Under the pieces are notes generated by a model. The model saw only the letters and a list, made by a program, of their open reading frames with translations, did no database searches and had not been told where the DNA came from. The position numbers and the translations under genes are program-made. From the IMG/VR virus record IMGVR_UViG_3300037467_001065, positions 1 through 42,694 of that record: DNA of 42,694 nt; one strand, written 5' to 3'. Of the stretch, positions 8,827 to 15,241 are shown piece by piece. Positions within the stretch are counted from its first letter, which is position 1. Every line of letters starts with the position of its first letter. This DNA is from a virus. Taxonomy: Duplodnaviria > Caudoviricetes.

Positions 8827-10247
8827 GCACCGAAGAAAACCGCCGCCTGCTGCGACAGCCCGTACACGGCGCGAGCAGCCGCAGCAGCCGGCCCCACCTC
8901 CGGCGTCTCTTTCAGCTCGATGGCCCGCTCACCGCTCTGCAGCGCCGGCCGCCACTTCGCGGCACGCACCGCGTCGTTCAGCGCCTTCTGGTTGTGATGG
9001 TGGATCGACCCCTCGTTGATCGCGTCCTCGAGCGACCCACACCCGGCCGCGAAGTCCGCACCCGACACCGGGACCGTCTGCACGCCCGCCTTCTCGAACT
9101 CCTCCAAGAACGCCGAGCTCGCGACCATCCCGCCCCACTGCTGCTGCAGCCGCGCGCACTCCTTCACCGCCTGATGCGCCGGCACCGGCCGGCCCTCGTT
9201 CGCCAGCGTCACCACCGTGTGCCCGTCGCCGCGGCGCCACGCCACAGCCACCCACACGTCACGGTCGCCGGTCAGATCCACCCCGAACACGACCTGCGTG
9301 CCACGCTCCGCGTCCAGGTCAGCCAGCGCCAGCCACGCGTCGTACGGCAGCGCCCCACCGACCGAGATCGGGTCCTCCCACCAGGTGAGCATCTCCCGCA
9401 TGAACTCCTCCGGCGGCATGCTCTTGCGCAGGTCCTCGACCGACTCCTCGACGATCCGGCCCGGCCACAACGCGCAATTCGCCTGCCACCACAGCTCACG
9501 GTCATCGAGGGCGCAACCCTGGACCAGCCCGTACACGTGCGTGCAATGCGGGTCCACACACTTGCGCCGCTTCGCGCCGTACTCCACGTAGGCCAGCCGG
9601 CCATCCTTGCCCGCCCGGCCACGATCCCGCAGAGTCCGCAGCTGACCGGACGTCAACAGCCCAGCCGACGACATCAACCGCACCTGCGCACCCGGCCGCG
9701 TCAGCATCGTCGGATACACCGCACCGACATGCTTCGGCTCGCCGTACAGCCACTCGTCGAGCGTGATCCGCTTGACACCCGTCAGACCCCGCGACGACTT
9801 ACCCGTCCGCGACCGGAACTCGATCCGCTGCTCAACCTGCGTCTCCGGGTCCGTCCGGATGATCGCCAGGTCCTGGTGACCCTCGAAGTAGTCAACCTGC
9901 TCGGCGTACTCATGGTTCGAGTCGATCCACGCCTTGAAGTCGCGGAACGTCGACTTCGACGTGTCCAACAGGTGCGACGACCAGATCTGCCGCACGATCC
10001 CGAACACGAACATGTCCGCCAGCGCCGCGATGCCGTTCGTCGACGTCTTGATGTTCTGCCGCGGCCCGATCGTCGCAACCTCGAACGACGCCGGCTTGTC
10101 CGGCGCCTTCTCCGCGAAGATCGTGTCCAGAATCCACTGCTGCTCAGGATCCGGCGGCAGCCCCAGATCCGCCCCGACCTTCGCAGCCAGATCGCCATTC
10201 GTCCACCGGTGAGCCGGCCGAGACCGATACAGAGGCTCGTACATCAC
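8817..10247 (-). CDS. terL: terminase large subunit
   Basis: 'PDPEQQ' Q-motif, Walker A-like 'PRQNIKT', Walker B 'ITLDE', 'SSAG', 'ANCAL', 'FMRE', nuclease 'FGVD'. Confidence 0.92.
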   Translation of the reverse strand: MMYEPLYRSRPAHRWTNGDLAAKVGADLGLPPDPEQQWILDTIFAEKAPDKPASFEVATIGPRQNIKTSTNGIAALADMFVFGIVRQIWSSHLLDTSKSTFRDFKAWIDSNHEYAEQVDYFEGHQDLAIIRTDPETQVEQRIEFRSRTGKSSRGLTGVKRITLDEWLYGEPKHVGAVYPTMLTRPGAQVRLMSSAGLLTSGQLRTLRDRGRAGKDGRLAYVEYGAKRRKCVDPHCTHVYGLVQGCALDDRELWWQANCALWPGRIVEESVEDLRKSMPPEEFMREMLTWWEDPISVGGALPYDAWLALADLDAERGTQVVFGVDLTGDRDVWVAVAWRRGDGHTVVTLANEGRPVPAHQAVKECARLQQQWGGMVASSAFLEEFEKAGVQTVPVSGADFAAGCGSLEDAINEGSIHHHNQKALNDAVRAAKWRPALQSGERAIELKETPEVGPAAAAARAVYGLSQQAAVFFGAWR

Positions 10248-10660
10248 GCCCCGTGCGACGCCCGCCGCGCAGCGAGCTCATCCTGCAGCTGCTGCGGCGC
10301 CGTCGCCTTCCCTACACCCTTCGTCGCCGTCGCCAGCAGCGCCTCGAGCCGCGCCACCATCGTCGACACCGCCGAGCCCGTGTCCAGCCCAGGAGAGTCG
10401 ATCCGCCGCGCCAGCACCAGACACATCTGCCCAGCCGGCGTATCCAACCGGCCCGCGGCCTCGAGCTCCTTCGCCGTCGTCCGCTCCACGCCACCGACAC
10501 GCCGCTCCGGCGCCTCGAGCCCCTCCACGGCCGGCTTCGCCCCAAGAGGCACCACCGCACCCGCACGCTGCGGCCTCTTCCGACACCGATCCGAGCAGTA
10601 CCTCGCCCGCGGATGCCTCGCCGAGAACGTCTTGCCACACGGGCACGTGACCTCACGCAT
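10244..10660 (-). CDS. terS: terminase small subunit with N-terminal Zn finger
   Basis: From MREVTCPCG (ATG 10660, GGGAGG RBS); CxC...YCSxxC finger; 'LARRID', C-terminal 'DELAARRA' typical of actinophage TerS; GTGA overlap with terL. Confidence 0.8.
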   Translation of the reverse strand: MREVTCPCGKTFSARHPRARYCSDRCRKRPQRAGAVVPLGAKPAVEGLEAPERRVGGVERTTAKELEAAGRLDTPAGQMCLVLARRIDSPGLDTGSAVSTMVARLEALLATATKGVGKATAPQQLQDELAARRASHGA

Positions 10661-10809
10661 CGCGCATCTCACCTCCCGGCTTCCGGGACATCGAGACCGT
10701 GGAGGGAGATCCTGGCTGACAGATGTCAGCCGGTAGGTCGGCCATCCCGTGTCGACCCCGCCCCCGGGTTGGTCGCGGGGTGTGCGTGTCGGTGGGGTGT
10801 GGGCCGGGG
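10661..10809. other. probable cos/packaging-initiation region
   Basis: Gap between HNH and terS; G-run CCCGGGGGCGGGG on minus strand (10756-10768); palindrome GGCTGACA-GA-TGTCAGCC (10714-10731); strand composition flips here. Confidence 0.55.
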
Positions 10810-11100
10810 TCACCATTCGAGGTTGGTCTCTTGGGTTGGCTCGAGCTTGCCGAAGCGCTTGAGTCCTCCTGCCCTGCGGTTGCAGGTGAGGTGCTCAGGT
10901 CCGGTGTAGATGCTCTTGTCTTGGTCGTTGTGGCCGAGCTCCCATTGGTCGCCAGGGTGGATGAGTCCTGTGCAGCGGGGGAACTGTGGGTGGTCGTATC
11001 TGGTGCAGACGACGGTGCCTGTTGCGACGATGGGTGCCCATTGTTCGCGGAGCTGCTGGTGGGTGTGGCCGTACCCGTTAGCTGTGGTTCTGCCGGTCAC
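10810..11100 (-). CDS. HNH endonuclease (packaging-associated)
   Basis: 'GYG..HQ.LR', 'WELGH', 'GPEHLTCNRRAG'; immediately upstream of terS as with HK97 gp74. Confidence 0.85.
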   Translation of the reverse strand: MTGRTTANGYGHTHQQLREQWAPIVATGTVVCTRYDHPQFPRCTGLIHPGDQWELGHNDQDKSIYTGPEHLTCNRRAGGLKRFGKLEPTQETNLEW

Positions 11101-11345
11101 GCGTCTTGCACCAGGTCACCATGTTGGTCACTGGGTAGTGGCGGCGGTGGATGGGGCACCAGTGGGCGCAGTCGGTTTCGTTCGTCGAGCAGCCGGTCGA
11201 TGCGTGATCGGGACTGTTCCAGCTCTGCCGAGGGGCCTCGTCGTAGGGCGTAGAGGCGTTCGGCCCATTCGACGTGTAGGTCTGCGTCGATCTCCGTGAG
11301 GCTGCGTTGGTCATCCACGATCCCTCCACTGTGTGCGTGGGTCAT
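11097..11345 (-). CDS. hypothetical protein
   Basis: 82 aa, helical, 'SRIDRLLDERN'; GTGA overlap with HNH; start uncertain. Confidence 0.6.
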   Translation of the reverse strand: MTHAHSGGIVDDQRSLTEIDADLHVEWAERLYALRRGPSAELEQSRSRIDRLLDERNRLRPLVPHPPPPLPSDQHGDLVQDA

Positions 11346-11453
11346 CTCTGGAGGGTGGGTGTGGGCGGTGTGGCGCGTCCGTCTCCTGCCCTGCCCATCC
11401 TGTGGGCTGGCAGCCTTCTCGTACCACGACGGGCCGAGGCTGCCGGAGGTTCG

Positions 11454-11524
11454 TTGCGGACGTCAGATTCGAACTGCGTCTCCGGGTTATGGGCCCGGCG
11501 TGGTACCACTCCACCACGTCCGCG
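11454..11524 (-). tRNA. tRNA-Met(CAT), initiator (fMet)-like, atypical
   Basis: Minus strand CGCGGACG TG GTGG-AGTGGTA-CCAC G CCGGG-CCCATAA-CCCGG AGAC GCAG-TTCGAAT-CTGA CGTCCGCA A: cloverleaf, CAT anticodon, C1:A72 mismatch, GGG:CCC anticodon stem; no encoded CCA. Confidence 0.75.
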
Positions 11525-11611
11525 TTGTTCCCTCACCCGCACCGCGTGTTGCCGCTCTGGGCTGGCTTGTGTGCGCCGGTCGGTGAGGGTGGCTGTGGGC
11601 TGCTGGCATGA

Positions 11612-11655
11612 CGGAAGCCCCGGCTTCGACAGGGGATCGAGGGCCGGGGCTTTCG
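11612..11655 (-). terminator. hairpin just downstream of the putative late promoter
   Basis: AAGCCCCGGC (11615-24) / GCCGGGGCTT (11643-52) plus inner TCGA/TCGA pairing. Confidence 0.55.
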
Positions 11656-11683
11656 GTCGAAGGACGCAGCTGTCCTTGTGCAC

Positions 11684-11712
11684 AGTGTGTGACAAATCAT
11701 CTGCGATGTCCA
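11684..11712 (-). promoter_or_regulatory. putative SigA-like late promoter
   Basis: Minus strand TGGACA-17 nt-CACACT, at the end of the last early gene, facing tRNA/HNH/terminase. Confidence 0.5.
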
Positions 11713-11912
11713 GTCCTGCCTTTGCGCGTGTCGCGTCGGGCCTTGTCGCAGGCGGCGAGGGCGAGGTCGTCGAGGAGGAGCCGGCCGTCGAGTTTGACGG
11801 TGGGGATGCGGTAGCGGTGGACCCATTGCCGGACGGTGGCGGGTTGGATGCGGTAGTGGTGGGCGGCTTCGGCGACGGTGACCCAGTCGCCGTGTTCGTC
11901 GGTGACGATCAT
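11697..11912 (-). CDS. helix-turn-helix DNA-binding protein (MerR/Xis-like)
   Basis: 71 aa MIVTDEHGDWVTVAEAAHHYRIQPATVRQWVHR; ATGA overlap with upstream gene. Confidence 0.75.
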   Translation of the reverse strand: MIVTDEHGDWVTVAEAAHHYRIQPATVRQWVHRYRIPTVKLDGRLLLDDLALAACDKARRDTRKGRTGHRR

Positions 11913-12658
11913 GCGGATTCCTGGTCGTCGTGTTGGAGCTGTGATGCCTGGATGCGGGCGAGCCATTCGGCGTCGCGCCAGACGCGGCCGCAGTCGTTGT
12001 TGCGGCAGACGACGGACTGGGCGCCGTCTTCGCGTTGCAGGGTGCGTTTGTCGCAGGCGGGGCAGAGGTCGTGGATCTTGGTGATGCCGCGGTCGGTGCC
12101 GGACAGGTGGCGCAGCTGGCGGGTGGTGGCGGTGATGTCGGAGTACCAGTCTTCGGGGCAGTGTTGGGCGGGCCATGCCTGGTGGTCGGCGAGCCAGTGG
12201 CAGAGGCGGGTGGCGTGTCGTCCGCCGCGGAGGGTGCCGTCGAGGTTGCCGGTGAGGTGGCCGAGGGTGGTGATTTGGGGGGTGCCGTGCTGGTGGTCGG
12301 TGATGAGGTCGGCCCAGGCTGCGAGGAGGTTGAGTGCTTCGTCGGCGGTGTCCCAGCCGGGCGAGGGTGAGGCTGGGGCGATGTTGGAGCGGCGGGTGGG
12401 TGTGGCCGGGTGGGGTGCGTTGAGCTGTCCGTCTTCGCGGGCTGCGACGTTGACGCAGAGCTCGGGGATGGCGAGGAGGTCGCGTCGGATGCGGGTGGTG
12501 CAGCCGGTGCAGAGGCGGCCGAGGGTGGCGAGTCGGGGTGCGCAGCCTTCGCAGTGTTCGGGGCAGCCGTCGGGGCATTCGAGGGTGTGGGGGCAGCCTG
12601 GTGCGTGGATGCCTCGGGTGAGGCATCCACGCGCGCAGGGGTGCTGGGTGTCGGTCAC
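11909..12658 (-). CDS. Cys-rich Zn-binding protein, possible late transcription regulator
   Basis: 249 aa from GTG 12658; multiple CxxC motifs (LCTGC, LCPAC, VCRNNDC); last-early-gene position paired with an HTH gene. Confidence 0.6.
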   Translation of the reverse strand: MTDTQHPCARGCLTRGIHAPGCPHTLECPDGCPEHCEGCAPRLATLGRLCTGCTTRIRRDLLAIPELCVNVAAREDGQLNAPHPATPTRRSNIAPASPSPGWDTADEALNLLAAWADLITDHQHGTPQITTLGHLTGNLDGTLRGGRHATRLCHWLADHQAWPAQHCPEDWYSDITATTRQLRHLSGTDRGITKIHDLCPACDKRTLQREDGAQSVVCRNNDCGRVWRDAEWLARIQASQLQHDDQESA

Positions 12659-13230
12659 GCTGCGGGTCGCCCCTTGAGTGGGATCACGGCGAGCATGGCC
12701 GCGACGTTGGGGAAGATCGGCACGCTGGGGTAGGCGTGTTCGATGCCGGCGCGGACGAGGGCTTGTGCTTCGTCGGCGTTGAGGTCGTGCTGCTCGAGCC
12801 ACCGGTCGGTGATGGTGTAGGGCTCGACGATCGCGGAGATGATGCCGAACTGTGCGCGGAAGCCTTTTGAGCCGATGACGCAGTGTCCGAAGCCTTCGAG
12901 GAGGCCGTTGACGCGTGGGCCGGTGTTGTAGGCGCCGTCCATGTAGTAGTCCTCGGCGTAGTAGGCGTAGAAGCCGTGGGAGCAGTTTTTGGTGGGGTGT
13001 TCGCAGGGTGCGTTGCCGGCCATCTGGTAGCCCCAGGTGCTGCCGGGGCCGGGTGCGCCGCAGTTGCAGCGGTTGATGCCGGGGTGCCATTCGTGGGACA
13101 TGCAGAGGGAGTGGAGTCGGCCGGTGGCGATGTTGGGCATGCGCCATGCGCGGAATCCGTTGTTGGCGGCGACGATGAACGATGGGGTGTCGCCTTCGGC
13201 GTTGAACCCTTCGGCTCCTCCGTAGCTCAT
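12655..13230 (-). CDS. conserved actinophage hypothetical protein
   Basis: 191 aa; 'GFRAWR...CSHGFYAY...GFGHCVIGSKGFRAQ' pattern; good codon bias. Confidence 0.7.
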   Translation of the reverse strand: MSYGGAEGFNAEGDTPSFIVAANNGFRAWRMPNIATGRLHSLCMSHEWHPGINRCNCGAPGPGSTWGYQMAGNAPCEHPTKNCSHGFYAYYAEDYYMDGAYNTGPRVNGLLEGFGHCVIGSKGFRAQFGIISAIVEPYTITDRWLEQHDLNADEAQALVRAGIEHAYPSVPIFPNVAAMLAVIPLKGRPAA

Positions 13231-13242
13231 GGCTGGCCGGGG

Positions 13243-13503
13243 TCAGGCGGGGACGGGCTGGCTGGGTGCCGGCGCGGTTTCGGGGATGGTGACGGGTTCG
13301 GTGAGGGGGAGGACTTCGATTTCTTCCTGCTCTTCGCCGATGTCGCCCATGGTCCAGCGGGCGTACTTGCGCAGGTCCTGGGCCCAGGCGTGGATGAGGT
13401 CGCCGGCGAGGTTGGGGGTGTTGGCGGCTTGCTTGTCGAGCCAGTCGGCGCGGGCTCGCATCTGGGTGGCGGTGTTGCGGACTCGGGTGGCGGTGGTGCT
13501 CAT
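13243..13503 (-). CDS. hypothetical protein
   Basis: 86 aa from MSTTATRV (ATG 13503) with GAAAGG RBS. Confidence 0.65.
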   Translation of the reverse strand: MSTTATRVRNTATQMRARADWLDKQAANTPNLAGDLIHAWAQDLRKYARWTMGDIGEEQEEIEVLPLTEPVTIPETAPAPSQPVPA

Positions 13504-13577
13504 GTGGGTGTGCCTTTCTGGGGTTGTTGTGTTGCTGGTTGGCCTGTCTGGTTGGGGGTTGGTGGTCCCTCGCGCGG

Positions 13578-13981
13578 GCGTGTGCGCGTGTGCGCGTGTA
13601 CGTGTGCGCGCACGCCCCGTAGGGGTGGGGGGTGAAACGGTTGTGCCGCAATGGAATTCGGTTTTTGGGCTGGGTGAAACACGCGCGTTTCCGCAGGTCA
13701 GGCGTGTTTCAGGGGTGGTGAAACATGCGGTTACTGACGGGTAGGGGTGGCTGTGGATAACGCTCTGACCTGCGGAAACGTGTTTTGGGGTGGTCGGAAA
13801 ATGGGTGGGTGAAACATGGGTGGGGTGAAACATGCGGGCGTCGGCGGCGTTTCCGCAGGTCAGGGGCATGTTTCGCCTGTTTCTGAAACAGGGTGAAACA
13901 GGCGAAACATGGGGTCGTGTTTCACTTTTTCGGGCGGGGGTGAAACACGCGCCGGAGAGGTTATCCACAGGGCTACCCACA
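13578..13981. repeat. putative replication origin: iteron array with DnaA boxes
   Basis: About 13 GAAAC(A)-core repeats (mostly GTGAAACA) in both orientations; TGTGGATAA 13752-60 and TTATCCACA 13961-69; three GTTTCCGCAGGTCAG copies; 38-bp alternating R/Y tract; non-coding and downstream of the helicase. Confidence 0.7.
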
Positions 13982-13985
13982 GGGC

Positions 13986-14489
13986 TCATCGGGTCTGCCT
14001 TGCGGCGATCTGGCGCAGCGCCTGGTGGCAGGTTCGGGGGGTTGCGACGTCGCCGGCGGCGGTGTGGTCGGGTTCGGGGATCTTGAAGCCTTGGGCGCGC
14101 AGGAGGATGGTGATGGTGGCGAGGCCGGGTGGCGTGTCGAGGTTGAGGACGCCGGCTGCGTAGGCTTCGATGTCGAGGAGGCGGTGGTGCCAGGGGGCGC
14201 GGCCCCAGCGGGCGCGGAGGAACGCGGCGTCGAAGGCGGGGTTGGCTGCGACGAGGGTTGCGCCGTGGAGGGTGGCTTCGAGGTTGCCGTCGTAGAACCG
14301 GTCGGGTGGTGTGGTGAGGGCGCGGTTGAGGTAGCCGTTGAGGGTGAGGGCTGTTGGGTCTGGGTGGGTGAAGGTGTGGGGGACGATGGCGGTGTGGATG
14401 GGGCCGTCGTCGACGGCGTGTGCGATTTCCCAGATTTCGTGGCGGGTGGGGTCGAGTCCGGTGGTTTCGGTGTCGAGGTAGACGAGCAT
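13986..14489 (-). CDS. DEDDh 3'-5' exonuclease (DnaQ-like)
   Basis: 167 aa from MLVYLDTETTGLD; 'NPAFD', 'HTAAGD' ExoI-III motifs. Confidence 0.88.
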   Translation of the reverse strand: MLVYLDTETTGLDPTRHEIWEIAHAVDDGPIHTAIVPHTFTHPDPTALTLNGYLNRALTTPPDRFYDGNLEATLHGATLVAANPAFDAAFLRARWGRAPWHHRLLDIEAYAAGVLNLDTPPGLATITILLRAQGFKIPEPDHTAAGDVATPRTCHQALRQIAARQTR

Positions 14490-14575
14490 CAGGCATCGCT
14501 TTCGCGTCGGTGTTGGCAGTCGTCGCAGGGGCAGGTGTTGGGGCGTGGGCTCGGCCATCTGGGCGGATTGCTCAC
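14489..14575 (-). CDS. 28-aa Cys-containing microprotein
   Basis: VSNPPRWPSPRPNTCPCDDCQHRRESDA; GTGA overlap upstream and TGATG overlap downstream. Confidence 0.5.
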   Translation of the reverse strand: MSNPPRWPSPRPNTCPCDDCQHRRESDA

Positions 14576-15207
14576 TCGTCGCCGCCCTCGGTCGCCACGG
14601 CTCGCCCGTCGTGGAACGAGTTGAGACATAGGCCCGCAGCGGTGGCAGACCCCCAGCGCCCACACTCGGGGCAGACCGGCATCCCTCCAGGCGTGATGGT
14701 CGCCTCGGGCTCGGGACCGGCCAGCGCGGCACGGATCTCCGACGTCCAGAGCCTCGGCTCGTCGAAGCGGAGATCCGCCGCCTCGCAAAGCGCCTCGACT
14801 CGCGCCACCTTGGCCCGCTCGTCGGCCAGCGCACGCTCGGCAGCCTCCGCACGATCACATGCGGCCCGAAAACGCTCCGCCGTAAACGCTGCCAATGAGG
14901 CCGAGTGGTCGGCGACCGCCTCCAGCCGCTCGACCTCGGCCTCCAGCCGCGTGATGAGGTCGGCCCTTGCAGACAATTCGTCGAGGTGCGGTTGCATCTC
15001 GGCGTCCGCCACGGCCATGACGGCGCGGGTCTGCCACTCACTCAGCGTCTCCCATGCGGTGCGGCTGCTGCCGAAGTAGGCGCCCTCCACTCGGCGGCGC
15101 TCGACGAACGCGGCGGGGCTGCGGATCGCCTCGGCGTAGGGCTGCACGCGCTCGTCGGTCGGCGGGTTGACGCGGCACTCGCTGTGGTCTCGGTCTGCGT
15201 GGGTCAT
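14572..15207 (-). CDS. hypothetical coiled-coil protein
   Basis: 211 aa from MTHADRD, AAGGAG RBS; 'AEVERL', 'VARVEAL' segments; C-terminal CPEC. Confidence 0.7.
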   Translation of the reverse strand: MTHADRDHSECRVNPPTDERVQPYAEAIRSPAAFVERRRVEGAYFGSSRTAWETLSEWQTRAVMAVADAEMQPHLDELSARADLITRLEAEVERLEAVADHSASLAAFTAERFRAACDRAEAAERALADERAKVARVEALCEAADLRFDEPRLWTSEIRAALAGPEPEATITPGGMPVCPECGRWGSATAAGLCLNSFHDGRAVATEGGDE

Positions 15208-15241
15208 GGGCGTCTCCTTCATCTCGTGCTCTCGTTGCGGG

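Noticed and set aside
7311-10736. 1141-aa plus-strand ORF and other long antisense ORFs (e.g. 4418-6253, 31651-33690, 37065-39347, 39344-41740)
   Set aside because: Shadow frames of high-GC genes; Arg/Pro-rich without motifs and fully overlapping well-supported minus-strand genes
11342-11695. 117-aa ORF upstream of HNH
   Set aside because: Overlaps the tRNA-like gene and two hairpins; no motif; region better explained as non-coding late leader
13632-13950. GAAAC-ending repeats as a CRISPR or mini-CRISPR array
   Set aside because: Repeats are only 7-15 bp, in both orientations, with irregular spacing; no constant repeat-spacer period
13860-13950. A complete parS site
   Set aside because: No TGTTTCACGTGAAACA palindrome; only half-sites with variable spacing
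13243-14496. 417-aa ORF spanning the iteron region as a Rep protein
   Set aside because: N-terminal part is an alternate frame of the exonuclease and the middle is translated repeats; only the last 86 aa have an RBS and protein-like composition
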